A DNA stretch of 64,000 nucleotides from an uncultured Anaerolineaceae bacterium (GCA_964463505.1 CAYXDC010000006.1:9914-73913); one strand, 5' to 3'. Positions 43,070-53,007 are shown, numbered from the stretch's first letter. Program-made: numbers and translations. Notes: generated by a model not told the origin, from the sequence alone.

Positions 43070-44014
43070 TCAGTAGATTTCTGGTACAAAGGTCTGGTCA
43101 CTCATCGGCGGGCGTACATAGCCTGAATCTTTTTCACGCTCCGGCAGCACGATGGCTTCGGGCGTGAGGTCATCATAAGGGATCTGGCTGAGCAGGTGCG
43201 AGATCATATTCAGCCGGGCGCGGCGCTTGTCGTCCGAATTGACCACATACCAGGGCGCCTGTTTGGTGTCGGTAAACTTGAACATTTCGTCCTTGGCGAC
43301 CGAGTACTGCACCCAGCGTCTGCGTGACTCGAGGTCCATGGGGCTGAGTTTCCAGCGTTTGGTGGGGTCATCCAGGCGCGCCTGGAAGCGCCGTTCTTGT
43401 TCTTCATCACTCACAGAGAACCAGTATTTGATCAGAATGATTCCGGCGCGTACCAGCATGCGCTCGAATTCCGGGCAGGAGCGCATAAACTCGCGGTACT
43501 CATCCTCTGTGCAAAAGCCCATCACGCGCTCGACATTGGCGCGGTTGTACCACGAGCGATCAAACAGCACCATTTCACCGCCGGCAGGCAGGTGTGCAAC
43601 ATAGCGCTGGAAGTACCACGAGGTTTTATCGCGTTCGGTGGGTGTGCCCAGGGCCACAACCCGGCAGATGCGCGGGTTCAGGCTCTCGGTGATGGCTTTG
43701 ATCGAGCCACCCTTCCCGGCAGCATCCCGCCCTTCAAAAATAACCACGACTTTCAGGCCCTTGGCTTTGATCCACTCCTGCAGCTTAACCAGCTCAATGT
43801 GCAGCCTGGCGATCTCCGCCTCGTAATCCCGACGCTTCATTTTGGGTTTCTTTTCGTGGGAGTCGCTGTGCATCTGGATGCGCGCCACCGGTTCAGGAGG
43901 CGTGGTTGTCTTACCATCACCTCCGGCTTTGGCTGGCTTGGCTGGAGAGGCCTTCATCTCCACCGCTTTGCTTGCGGGTTTCGGCTCTTTCTTTGGTTTT
44001 TCTTTTTTACTCAT
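43070..44014 (-). CDS. ppk2: polyphosphate kinase 2 family protein
   Basis: VVIFEGRDAAGKGG Walker A-like motif, a PPK2 lid region and a Lys-rich N-terminal tail. Start at ATG 44014, after GGGAGG. Confidence 0.88.
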   Translation of the reverse strand: MSKKEKPKKEPKPASKAVEMKASPAKPAKAGGDGKTTTPPEPVARIQMHSDSHEKKPKMKRRDYEAEIARLHIELVKLQEWIKAKGLKVVVIFEGRDAAGKGGSIKAITESLNPRICRVVALGTPTERDKTSWYFQRYVAHLPAGGEMVLFDRSWYNRANVERVMGFCTEDEYREFMRSCPEFERMLVRAGIILIKYWFSVSDEEQERRFQARLDDPTKRWKLSPMDLESRRRWVQYSVAKDEMFKFTDTKQAPWYVVNSDDKRRARLNMISHLLSQIPYDDLTPEAIVLPEREKDSGYVRPPMSDQTFVPEIY

Positions 44015-44166
44015 ATTGCCTCCCGTGCCCACCCTTGCCTGCATCTGATGCGATATTCTCATTATAGGGAAAAAACCTTCCAGATGCAATGTTTATTTCT
44101 AAATATAGAGATTTTCTCCGCCCTGGGGGAGTCAGGGCCTGATCAGCGCCCCTGTTAAATCCTTTT

Positions 44167-44203
44167 TAGCACCCCCCCGACCGCTGCCATTCGGGGGGTG
44201 CTA
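44167..44203. other. GC-rich stem-loop just downstream of the ASCH-TPR gene
   Basis: TAGCACCCCCC(c)G...CGGGGGGTGCTA with a 12-nt loop. The T-tract is on the plus-strand side only, so a terminator role for the minus-strand gene is uncertain. Confidence 0.3.
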
Positions 44204-44206
44204 TTT

Positions 44207-45421
44207 TCAGGATCGCATGCGTTCTTCTGCTACGGTTTGAGCCTGGCGGGCGCTTTCAGTGCTGCGCATGTCGCCCAGGGCTTCATAGGCAATGGCTCGG
44301 GCAGCATAGGCGCGCCCCACCCCCGGCCAATTTTCGAGCGGCTCCAGAAGGACCAAGGCCTGCCGGGCGGCTTCCAGCGCTTCGGGTGCGCCGCCGCTGG
44401 TGACGTGCGCGTTGGCCAGATCGGCGCGCAAGATCCAGTACCAGCCGAGCCCCTGGCGGTGGTCATAACTATCGCCGCGACTGAACGCCTGGCGCGCTTC
44501 TTCCAGGTATTCCAGCCCTGGCTCCACATCTCCACTAAAAATGAGCGTGGCGCCATACGAGACCAGGCTGCGCGCCAGGGTCAGGTCATCGCCGGACAGC
44601 CGCGCCGCCTCCAATTCGCAGATACTGACCTCAGCCGCCTTCTCGCGCCGCCCAAACTGGCGCAGGATATTGGCCTGGCGCATCAATACGGCGGCCAGGA
44701 CGCGCTGCTGCGCCTGGAACTGCGCCTCGCCCGGGTTGAGCTCCAGCGCCAGCAGGCGTTCCTCCAGCGCCCAGTAAGCTTTAAGTGCGTTTTCAAGGTC
44801 TTCGGCCTGCTCATACTGCTTTAACGCCTGCTCGAGCTCCGCTTCTATCTTCTGGATCATCAGCTCGATCCCGGCTTGAATTGGCGGATTTGGTGGGCGG
44901 TAGAGCACTTCAAAGCGCTCGCATACCACCGGCATATCCTGTGCAGGTTCGCGCCTGATAGCAGCGCATTCTCGGGAGAAGAAATGCCAGTGTACACGCC
45001 GCCAGTTTTCCAGGCTGCGGTCGTCTTCGCCTTCGTCATAGGCAAACTGGGCATCCACCAGGTTGAAGGGTATACGGCGCACTTCTGTGGTGCGAATCAG
45101 GCACAATGGATCACCTGCCCAATTTAGGATGATGGATAGGTCTCCAGGCTTTGGGAGCGGTTCTCCTTCGGCAGCATAGACCCATTCAAGCGAGGCAGTA
45201 GCCGTCTTCTTCCCTGCAACTACCAGAGCGCCAAGCTCGTCAGCAGCAGACTGAATTTGTGCTTGCATCTGGGCTCCGAGCTCGTCGGTGGCTTCCGGTT
45301 CATCCATGAAATGCCAGGCTTGTGGGGGTATGAGCGGGGCATTGGCGTCTGCTGGCAGGCTGCTCAAATAACCTTGCCAAAAAGCTTGAATGCGGGGGTC
45401 ATTCGTTCCTTGATTGGTCAT
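44207..45421 (-). CDS. ASCH domain protein fused to a TPR-like helical repeat domain
   Basis: N-terminal ~190 aa: GKKTATASLEWVY...GDLSIILNWAGDPLCLIRTTEV...FAYDEGEDDRSLENWRRVHWHFF (ASCH/YhfF-like). C-terminal ~200 aa: Ala/Leu-rich repeats with a TPR-like pattern. Confidence 0.65.
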   Translation of the reverse strand: MTNQGTNDPRIQAFWQGYLSSLPADANAPLIPPQAWHFMDEPEATDELGAQMQAQIQSAADELGALVVAGKKTATASLEWVYAAEGEPLPKPGDLSIILNWAGDPLCLIRTTEVRRIPFNLVDAQFAYDEGEDDRSLENWRRVHWHFFSRECAAIRREPAQDMPVVCERFEVLYRPPNPPIQAGIELMIQKIEAELEQALKQYEQAEDLENALKAYWALEERLLALELNPGEAQFQAQQRVLAAVLMRQANILRQFGRREKAAEVSICELEAARLSGDDLTLARSLVSYGATLIFSGDVEPGLEYLEEARQAFSRGDSYDHRQGLGWYWILRADLANAHVTSGGAPEALEAARQALVLLEPLENWPGVGRAYAARAIAYEALGDMRSTESARQAQTVAEERMRS

Positions 45422-45594
45422 TTGTGTGCCTCAGAAGGATCTGTGAATAAGTAATCTGATTTTACCCCAACCTGCCTCCGGCAAGTCGAAAGAGGCAAAA
45501 AAAAGGAAATTCGACGAAAATATGATGACAATCGGTAATATTGCTTAGAAGTATCCTCAGGTATTCTAGTTTATAAGATTATTCGGAGGGATCA

Positions 45595-48519
45595 ATGATG
45601 CTAAAACGTCGCCTGTTCTTCATCCTGATTGTCTTTGCAGCCTTCGTGCTTATCTTTAGTTTCCAATCCAGTCGTGCCCAATCTAGCTTGCCACCCGCCC
45701 AGGAAGAACACCTGGAGATACTGCGCGACTCGCTGGGTCAGGGACTGCCTGAATACCTGCAAGCCCCGGCCCTATACGATTCTGGACTCGAGGGCGGTCA
45801 GAGTGAGCAGGAAATCAATGCGCTTAATTTGCCCGCCTGGTACCAGATTGTATTCCAGGTTCCAGGAAGTGAAACCTGGGATCTGTACCTCATGAATGGG
45901 CAAAGCACTGAAATTCGACCATTTATAGATGGCAATGATAATGACATGTATCCCGCTTTTGCCTACACAGGAGACCGGGTATTCCTGGCGCGGGAAGTGT
46001 CCAACAATGAATTTGATCTGCATTCGTATACCGTCGATCAGAGCTCTTTTGTACGCCTGACGGATACTCCAGGTAATGATCTCGACCCTCAGCCATCTCC
46101 TGATGGTATCCAGGTCGTTTTTCAATCGTTGCGGGATGGTAATTCCGAGATCTATGTCATGGATGCCGATGGCTCCAACCCGCGCCGCGTGACTGAGCAT
46201 CCCGGGTACGATGGCGAGCCCACCTGGTCGCCGGACGGAACGCAAATCGCTTTTGTTTCCGATCGTGGTGGGGTGTATGACCTTTGGGTGATGAACGCCG
46301 ATGGAGGCGATCTACGTCAGTTGACATCGGGCGCTTATGCATTTACTCCCGCCTGGTCTCCAAATGGAAACCGGATCGCCGTAAGCATGGATAGCAACCT
46401 GGATGGTTTCTTGGAGTTATGGCTGGTTGGCGCTGATGGAGATGGCAGTGTTAGGCCATTACAACAATTTACCAATGAAAAATACGATTATTGGAAACCA
46501 GTCTGGACACCAGATGGCAATACTATTTTATTCATCCAGACAGGTTGGCAATACGATAACAATTATCAGGAGTGGTATATTTGGGGCTCCCAGATCACGC
46601 AATATGATGTGGTTACCGAGAATAGTCTGGGTGCCTTTGGCTTTTCGTATTTTGTTTGGGGAGTCGATATCGTTGCACCCGATCAAATTGCACCTACAAG
46701 CTGCCATTTGATCAAGGATGATGCCGGTAGCGTCGCCGGTGATGGGGCGCTCTTTCGTATTCAGGCGGATGATTCTGGTTATATTGGTGCCGTCGCCTAC
46801 CAGGTCCAGGCGCGGTCGGATGCTTATCGCGAATGGCAGGATGTCTATACCTGGCTACCTGTTCCTGGCGGTGTGATGAGCGGGGGAATCTATGCTAGCC
46901 AGGAACTGCGCTGCCGGGCGGTCGATAGCGGCGGCAACTGGGGGCCCTGGTCCGCACCACCTTACACCCGCCTGGAATATGACGCCGCTCCACCGGAATC
47001 GATGGTGTTATTGGGCGCGATCGATCCTCTGGCCGAGCAAGCTTCGCTTACCATCCGGGCTTACGATCTTGGGGTTGGTATCGCCAATGTTGATTTATAT
47101 GCTCGTACACAAGATGCGGACACAGCCTGGGATTTGTATTTAGCAGATTTACAGCCCGGCGAAGAGATCCTCTTCCCAATCCAGGCAGGTGTTACTTATG
47201 AAGTCCGCAGTTCAGCGGTGGACCGGGTGGGGAATTATGAGATTTGGAGTCCTATCCCAGATCTTACTTTTACCTCCGTACAGCCATCGCGCATAGCGAA
47301 TCAACCTGATGCTGTCAGTGAGTTCGTGGAAGATGCTGCCCATGCTGCATACCTCCCTATGATCCAGCAAGGGCGTGACGCGCAGGAATATACTAGTCTG
47401 CTTAATGATTGGCCAACGTACGGACAAAATTATGCTCGAACATCTTTCAGCGACCGTGAGCCTGGTGCTTCTCATTATGAACGAATCTGGTCAGAAACGG
47501 TTACTGCCTGCTCAGATTATTACTCGCTCTCTCTGGGTGGAGGGGTACTCGCATATTCCTTGGCAGGGTGCGATAATTTGACCCCGCGCCTGGTTGCTCG
47601 TGATCCCCGTTTTGGCACATTCCTTTGGCGCCAGGATGGAATTGCCGAAGATATGTATGCAGTATTTATGGATAGCACACTAAAATATGGGCGGATTTTC
47701 CAGCATTACGTGGGGAATTCTTTTAATAACAGGATCATCTCAACGCATTTACGTTCAGGGAACAACCAGTGGGAGATAAGCCTGGCGAACCGAATAACAA
47801 ATGGACCCTATGGGCCGCTGATTTCTCAGGATACGTTATATACCTTCCTTGACCAGGGCTGGCTGGCGGCATATGATGCTGCCAGCGGTATGCTGAGATG
47901 GACCAGCCGTAACTCCAGTGCCACGAATACCACCCTGGCGCTTGCGACCGATCCACAAACAGGGAGTGAGCGCTTGGTGACCCATAATATTGACGGATTG
48001 AAATTGTTGCACATGAATTCCGGATTTATGGATTGGGGTATTGATCGGACAAATTTTGATGCCAGCTTGTTTGCCTCCCCAGTCATTGACGGAAATCTTG
48101 CTCTGTTTCAATTTGACTATGAGCTGGTCGCTGTTGATTGGTCTACCCACCAGGTCTTATGGTCATTAGCCGATTACAACCATTATATGTTTGATGACCA
48201 GCCTGCGGTGGATGGTAATGAAATTTATGTTATTATCTACGACGCGTTGCAGGTCCTGGATCGAACCGATGGAAGTTTGCTCTGGGATTTTGCTGTGCCT
48301 GGGGATGAACTATTAGGTACTCCGGTTTTAACCAAGAAGTATGTCTTTGTTCAAACACTTTCAAACCTGTATATTGTTGATCGAGAGTCTCATACCGTTG
48401 TCCAGGTGCTGCCTGGGTTCGGACAGTTCATCGTTGCCGATGGACATCTTTATCGCCTGCGTCAGATCAATAATGAATCTGATGTAATCATAGAGATTTA
48501 CCGCGCCGAAAATCCATAA
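45595..48519 (+). CDS. large secreted/anchored protein with TolB-like PD40 repeats and a C-terminal PQQ/BamB-like beta-propeller
   Basis: N-terminal signal anchor. Repeated ...SPDG.QI(A/V)F.S.RDG..(E/D)(I/L)(Y/W)VM(D/N)ADG(S/G)... motifs. The C-terminal 400 aa has repeated (W/Y)...G.L(Y/L) propeller-like blades. Lower GC than the flanks. Confidence 0.7.
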   Translation: MMLKRRLFFILIVFAAFVLIFSFQSSRAQSSLPPAQEEHLEILRDSLGQGLPEYLQAPALYDSGLEGGQSEQEINALNLPAWYQIVFQVPGSETWDLYLMNGQSTEIRPFIDGNDNDMYPAFAYTGDRVFLAREVSNNEFDLHSYTVDQSSFVRLTDTPGNDLDPQPSPDGIQVVFQSLRDGNSEIYVMDADGSNPRRVTEHPGYDGEPTWSPDGTQIAFVSDRGGVYDLWVMNADGGDLRQLTSGAYAFTPAWSPNGNRIAVSMDSNLDGFLELWLVGADGDGSVRPLQQFTNEKYDYWKPVWTPDGNTILFIQTGWQYDNNYQEWYIWGSQITQYDVVTENSLGAFGFSYFVWGVDIVAPDQIAPTSCHLIKDDAGSVAGDGALFRIQADDSGYIGAVAYQVQARSDAYREWQDVYTWLPVPGGVMSGGIYASQELRCRAVDSGGNWGPWSAPPYTRLEYDAAPPESMVLLGAIDPLAEQASLTIRAYDLGVGIANVDLYARTQDADTAWDLYLADLQPGEEILFPIQAGVTYEVRSSAVDRVGNYEIWSPIPDLTFTSVQPSRIANQPDAVSEFVEDAAHAAYLPMIQQGRDAQEYTSLLNDWPTYGQNYARTSFSDREPGASHYERIWSETVTACSDYYSLSLGGGVLAYSLAGCDNLTPRLVARDPRFGTFLWRQDGIAEDMYAVFMDSTLKYGRIFQHYVGNSFNNRIISTHLRSGNNQWEISLANRITNGPYGPLISQDTLYTFLDQGWLAAYDAASGMLRWTSRNSSATNTTLALATDPQTGSERLVTHNIDGLKLLHMNSGFMDWGIDRTNFDASLFASPVIDGNLALFQFDYELVAVDWSTHQVLWSLADYNHYMFDDQPAVDGNEIYVIIYDALQVLDRTDGSLLWDFAVPGDELLGTPVLTKKYVFVQTLSNLYIVDRESHTVVQVLPGFGQFIVADGHLYRLRQINNESDVIIEIYRAENP

Positions 48520-48523
48520 ACCG

Positions 48524-49447
48524 ATGCCATACCTTTTCCGCCCTCAGCCGCCCGCCACTCCTGCGCCTGCTCTTGCAGCGCCCATCAAAGCCCACACCGA
48601 TTGGCGGGCGGTGGGGCTGGTGGTGCTGGGTGCGGTTTCCTACAGCACAGTTATCATCTTTACCCGCCAGGCGGAGGGACTGAGCGCGCTGAGCGTATCT
48701 TTTTTCCGCGCTTTGTTCGCCTTTTTATTTACCGGTGGGCTGCTGCTCCTGTACCGCCAGCCCCTGAATTGGGCCAGCCTTAAGCCATACTGGAAGCTGC
48801 TGCTGGTCCAGGCCTTGTTCATGACCGGCACTGCGACCCTGTATGTATTTGCGGTGCAAAATACCACCGCCGCCAATGCTGCCTTGCTGGTTAATTCGGG
48901 TCCCATCTATATCGCCTTGCTGGCGCCATTGTTGCTGAAGGAAGCCAGCCCGCGCTATACCAGACTCAGCCTGGTGTTGATCGTGGTGGGGGTGATTTTG
49001 CTGACCGGCGTGCTTGATCAGAGCATAGCAGGAATTTCATGGCCTGGCTTGATCGCCGGCTTTTTCTCAGGTTTGTTTTACAGTTTTGTTTTACTTGCCA
49101 GCCGTTACCAGCGCGGGCAGGTGCCCGGCCTGGTGCAAGCCTGGGTAGGTTCTGGGGTCGCCACACTACTGCTCTTGCCCTGGGGGTTAACTGCTGAGCG
49201 CGCCCTGGTGTTTGACTACCTGCCGGTTTTGGTGTTGTTAGGCGTGATATCTTATGGTCTGCCCAGTTTCTTGTATTTCCTGGCTTTAACGCGCTTAAAG
49301 GCACAGGTCGTCAGCACGGTAGCCTTGCTGGAACCGGTCTCTGGCGCATTGATTGGCATCTTGATTTATGGGGAGATGCTTTCGCTGGCAGCCTTAATCG
49401 GCAGCCTGATGGTGCTGGCAAGTATATATTTAATTGCTCAGGAATAA
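48524..49447 (+). CDS. EamA/DMT family transporter
   Basis: 307 aa with 10 TM helices in two EamA halves. Starts 4 nt after the preceding stop. Confidence 0.8.
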   Translation: MPYLFRPQPPATPAPALAAPIKAHTDWRAVGLVVLGAVSYSTVIIFTRQAEGLSALSVSFFRALFAFLFTGGLLLLYRQPLNWASLKPYWKLLLVQALFMTGTATLYVFAVQNTTAANAALLVNSGPIYIALLAPLLLKEASPRYTRLSLVLIVVGVILLTGVLDQSIAGISWPGLIAGFFSGLFYSFVLLASRYQRGQVPGLVQAWVGSGVATLLLLPWGLTAERALVFDYLPVLVLLGVISYGLPSFLYFLALTRLKAQVVSTVALLEPVSGALIGILIYGEMLSLAALIGSLMVLASIYLIAQE

Positions 49448-49457
49448 AATCGGGGGA

Positions 49458-49928
49458 TTAAGCTCGGTTCTTGAGCCACTCTTCCACTTCAGCCGGCACG
49501 CCTTTAGCGCCTTCGATATTAGCATAGATGATGTTGGCATCTCGTAGATCGACATGCCACAAGTTGGCGCGCGTCAGATCAGCCCCGCGCAGGTTCGCTC
49601 CCCGCAGATCGGCCTCGCGCAGGTCAGCATCACGCAGATCCACCGTGCGCAGGTCCGCCCCCACGAGATTAGTATGCCGTAGACTGGCGAATTGCAGGTT
49701 GGCTTCCGAAAGGTCAGCGTATTCAAGGTTCGCGAAGTCCAGGTTGGCTTTGTTCAGGTCAGTGTTGGTCAGGCTGGCTTTGGAAAGGTTTGCATAAGCC
49801 AGATTGGCGCCCGCCAGGTAAAGGTGGTTCAGCAAAAGGCCCGTGAGATCAGCGCCGCGCAGGATAATCCCTTTGCCTGAATTGGTTGCAATCAATTTGA
49901 TCAGCTCCGGTCGGGTCAGGTCAGCCAT
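49458..49928 (-). CDS. pentapeptide repeat protein
   Basis: About 20 consecutive A(D/N)LxX pentapeptides (ADLREADLRGANLRGADLTRANL...). Confidence 0.9.
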   Translation of the reverse strand: MADLTRPELIKLIATNSGKGIILRGADLTGLLLNHLYLAGANLAYANLSKASLTNTDLNKANLDFANLEYADLSEANLQFASLRHTNLVGADLRTVDLRDADLREADLRGANLRGADLTRANLWHVDLRDANIIYANIEGAKGVPAEVEEWLKNRA

Positions 49929-50061
49929 GGGGGTCTCCTTGTTGAGCGCGCTGTGTGAAGAATCAATCTAAGTAATTCGCCATAAGGAGCTTAACAAATC
50001 GGGCTCTCAACCAGCGTATACCTTAGCTTGATCCAGATTATACCTAAATTCAGGCAGGGTG

Positions 50062-50613
50062 TCACCTGTTGATGACCACCTGCAGTTGGCCTTGGTCGTC
50101 GTAGAACGAGCGTGCAAAGAAGGGTGGGTCGCCTGGGCGCTGGGTCAGGACGCGCGGCAGCAGGGTTTTAAGATCTTCTACCAGCGGCAACTCAGCCAGC
50201 GCCTCCACTGCTAACCATTCGGGTGCGCCTTCCGTCATAGCGGATGGTGCACCTTCCGGCATACTGGATGGTGTGCCTACGGGTGAGGGGCGGGCTTCTT
50301 CTTGGGGCAGATAACCGGTCAGGATGAAAACTGCCACACCCATATCCGGCTCGGCATCCACGGTCAAGATACCACTCAGCTGCAAATCTGGGGGCTCTAG
50401 CCCGGCTTCTTCGCGCAGCTCGCGCCGGGCCGCGCTGAGGATATCTTCCCCGCGCTCCACATGCCCGCCCAGGCCATTATAGCGGTTAGCCCACAGGCGC
50501 TTGTGGGGCGCGCCGCGCAGCAACAGCACTTTGTCGCCGCGCCGCAAGAAGATCAGGGTGCGGGGTACGACCGCATAGCGTTTGACGTGCAGGCCCTGGT
50601 CCGTTGCCGGCAT
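50062..50613 (-). CDS. NUDIX hydrolase
   Basis: Nudix box GGHVERGEDILSAARRELREEAGL. Confidence 0.88.
   Translation of the reverse strand: MPATDQGLHVKRYAVVPRTLIFLRRGDKVLLLRGAPHKRLWANRYNGLGGHVERGEDILSAARRELREEAGLEPPDLQLSGILTVDAEPDMGVAVFILTGYLPQEEARPSPVGTPSSMPEGAPSAMTEGAPEWLAVEALAELPLVEDLKTLLPRVLTQRPGDPPFFARSFYDDQGQLQVVINR
50222..50280. repeat. 24-bp in-frame tandem duplication inside the NUDIX gene
   Basis: ggtgcgccttccgtcatagcggat / ggtgcaccttccggcatactggat / ggtgtgcctac(partial). Encodes the SSMPEGAP/SAMTEGAP repeat. Confidence 0.85.
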
Positions 50614-50746
50614 GAATGGCTCCTTCTACCCGGTGTTGCGGGGAATAGAGCCGGGCAGCTCAGGCCGGGCAAATGCTTTGCCCAAATTGGCCTACCTGCC
50701 CGGCAGTTTGCTTTCATGGTGCGGAAAGATGATCCCAGTTGTGAAA

Positions 50747-52168
50747 TCAGTCCGCCAGATCGGATACATCCTCTTCGGCTGCAGCCTCGCCCAGGTAATC
50801 CCTGGTGGTTGGCGTTACCAGCACCGGCTGGATGGTCTGTTCAACAAATTTGCGGGTGCCTTTCAGGCCCAGCAGGGTGAACAGTTTTAGGAATTGTTTC
50901 TCCCATACCTGCCCGATGGCGGCTTTCTGAGTTTCTGGCAGCTTCCAGCTCCTGGCTTTGAAAGGCCCGATCACGTTCTTGCGCGTCTTGTAATAGAACT
51001 GTTCGTCGGTCATATCGGGTTTGCGCTCGCTGGCGCTCTTCTCGTCCAGCCAGGCGTACATTTCAGCTTTCAGGTCCTCTGGGATGTGATCGAAGAACAT
51101 ATTCTGGAAGTTGGTCGCCAGGTGTACTTCGCAAGCTTCGGATTCTACGAATTTACCGAAGGCGTCTTCAGGCAGCGTAGAAGCCCCGTGCTGGACTGCG
51201 CCGCCCATACCATAATCGTGGCGCGCCACACGGCTCAGCCTGAGCAGGGTATCAAAGTCTACGGAAACCTTGGCGATACTGCCATCCGGCAGCACCACAC
51301 CGCCGTGCGACGTACCGGTCTGGATGCTGATCTTGCTGATGCCAGGTTTGCCAGAGGCAGCCTTGGCTAGGGCGGCGTTGTAGCCATCCATATAGGCGCG
51401 CAGCTCTTCTTCGGTGGAGTTCTGCCCGCCTACTTCGCCGATCTCACCACCCACCGAGATGGTAATCCCGGCCGGTTCGATGGAGCGAATGAAGGCAGTG
51501 AACATGGCGGACAGGCCGGTGTTCAACGCTTGCTGCTCATCGATGGTGCTCTTGGAGAGATCCACCAGGGTGGAGGTATCGATATCGATATTGTAGAAAC
51601 CAGCTTTGACAGCCTCCACGGTCAGATCGCGCACGGCTTGAAGCTCGGTTTCGGGATCGGCGGCATAGCGCTTGGCCGAAACCTGGAAGTGGTCGCCCTG
51701 GATAAAGACTGGGCCGCGATAGCCCTCTGCAATGGCGGCGGCGAGCATATTGGTCACATATTCTGCCGGGCGCTGGTCAGTGTAGCCCATCTCGGAGCGG
51801 GCGATTTCGAAGATGAACGCGGCTGCATCGAGCTGGTTGGCAACCTGGTACACTGCGCGGGCAGCATCAAAAGAGATTGTGCGCAGGTTGAACGCCGGCA
51901 CGGTGAAGCTGTAGGGGAGTTCGCCACGCCCGCGCGCCATGTAAAGCTCGTGGATGGAGGCAGGATAGATCCCCAGTGCGTGGGCTGCCAGCCGGGTGAG
52001 ATAGCGCGCCATCCCCTGGCGCGGTCCGCTTTCCAGGGCTGAAACTTCGGCCAGATGCTGGATTTTGGCTTTCAGGGTCGCTTCGGAGACCACGCGTACC
52101 CCACCATCTACCAGCTCCAGACTGTGGTCCAGTTCTGCCAATAGTTCAGCTAATTCAATTTTTGACAT
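50747..52168 (-). CDS. class II fructose-bisphosphate aldolase family protein (long form)
   Basis: Start at ATG 52168 (MSKIEL), after AAGGAG. FIQGDHFQV, NIDIDTS and TGTSHGG regions fit class II aldolase metal/substrate motifs. Confidence 0.7.
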   Translation of the reverse strand: MSKIELAELLAELDHSLELVDGGVRVVSEATLKAKIQHLAEVSALESGPRQGMARYLTRLAAHALGIYPASIHELYMARGRGELPYSFTVPAFNLRTISFDAARAVYQVANQLDAAAFIFEIARSEMGYTDQRPAEYVTNMLAAAIAEGYRGPVFIQGDHFQVSAKRYAADPETELQAVRDLTVEAVKAGFYNIDIDTSTLVDLSKSTIDEQQALNTGLSAMFTAFIRSIEPAGITISVGGEIGEVGGQNSTEEELRAYMDGYNAALAKAASGKPGISKISIQTGTSHGGVVLPDGSIAKVSVDFDTLLRLSRVARHDYGMGGAVQHGASTLPEDAFGKFVESEACEVHLATNFQNMFFDHIPEDLKAEMYAWLDEKSASERKPDMTDEQFYYKTRKNVIGPFKARSWKLPETQKAAIGQVWEKQFLKLFTLLGLKGTRKFVEQTIQPVLVTPTTRDYLGEAAAEEDVSDLAD

Positions 52169-52353
52169 ATTCAACTCCTTTTCGGGAAAATAATGACAAG
52201 GTGTAGCAGAATTATAACACCTGCTGTGACAGGGCAGCGCGCGCGGCATACAACTTTTCACGCGCGCCAGCGTAGATGATATGTGAAGGCTGCTGCGCCT
52301 CACGGCTTGTGGAAGCGACCGCTATTGTAGAGAGAAATATTTGCATACCATTA

Positions 52354-52382
52354 TTGCCGAGCCGGGCAAGTGAGGCTATAAT
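52354..52382 (+). promoter_or_regulatory. sigma70-like promoter
   Basis: TTGCCG (52354-52359), 17-nt spacer, TATAAT (52377-52382). Predicts a 34-nt leader with GAAGGAG. Confidence 0.5.
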
Positions 52383-52422
52383 CAATTAGAATACCGAAGT
52401 ATCTATTACGAAGGAGAAAGCA

Positions 52423-52959
52423 ATGACCGACCAATTTTTTGGCTCTGTGCAAGAAGACATGGATCCTTTCAAGAAGATCCTGGCTAAGATCCCTGGGTTC
52501 AAGGGCTATATCGAGCGCCAGGCACGCCGTGACTCGGACAAGCTGCTGCGGGATACAATTGCCGACCGCTACGAAAAGGAATGGCAGCGTATTTCTACCT
52601 TGCAAGTAGAGTTTATTACACAAGGCGAGATCACCTATGTGGACGACCTGGAGCGCGCCGCCATCAAGCTGCGCACCTTCGTAGACCGCATCCGCCGGGC
52701 AGCGCGTGGACATTCCTCCCTGTTTGAAGCGGTGAAGATCAACGAACATGAATTGGAAAAACTATACCAGCATGATGTAGCTTTGCTGGACCTGGCTGAT
52801 GAAGTAGGCCGGGCAATTGATAATGTAGAGACTTCTGTGGGTTCTGAGGGCCTTCCGGCTGCGTTGCGCCACCTGACGTCGATTTCGCAGTCCGCAATCG
52901 ACGCCTTTAACCTGCGTGAATCAGCCATCTTGGACGAGGCCCCTGCCGAGCAGGAGTAA
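52423..52959 (+). CDS. hypothetical helical protein, probably co-transcribed with the SPFH gene
   Basis: 178 aa, charged and helical, with a good Shine-Dalgarno. No motif recognised. Confidence 0.5.
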   Translation: MTDQFFGSVQEDMDPFKKILAKIPGFKGYIERQARRDSDKLLRDTIADRYEKEWQRISTLQVEFITQGEITYVDDLERAAIKLRTFVDRIRRAARGHSSLFEAVKINEHELEKLYQHDVALLDLADEVGRAIDNVETSVGSEGLPAALRHLTSISQSAIDAFNLRESAILDEAPAEQE

Positions 52960-53007
52960 TCTGCTAAGCGTACTTGTTTGTAAAAGAATTGAACCAGGAG
53001 ATAAGCA

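Noticed and set aside
43397-44824. Plus-strand ORFs (253 and 208 aa) opposite ppk2 and the ASCH-TPR gene
   Set aside because: Both are antisense shadows with no motifs or ribosome-binding sites, and the opposite-strand genes have strong family signatures.
49458-49928. The pentapeptide-repeat protein as a Qnr/MfpA-type gyrase-protection (quinolone resistance) factor
   Set aside because: Pentapeptide-repeat proteins are very diverse. Nothing in the sequence or context (no gyrase or mfpB-like GTPase neighbour) supports that specific call.
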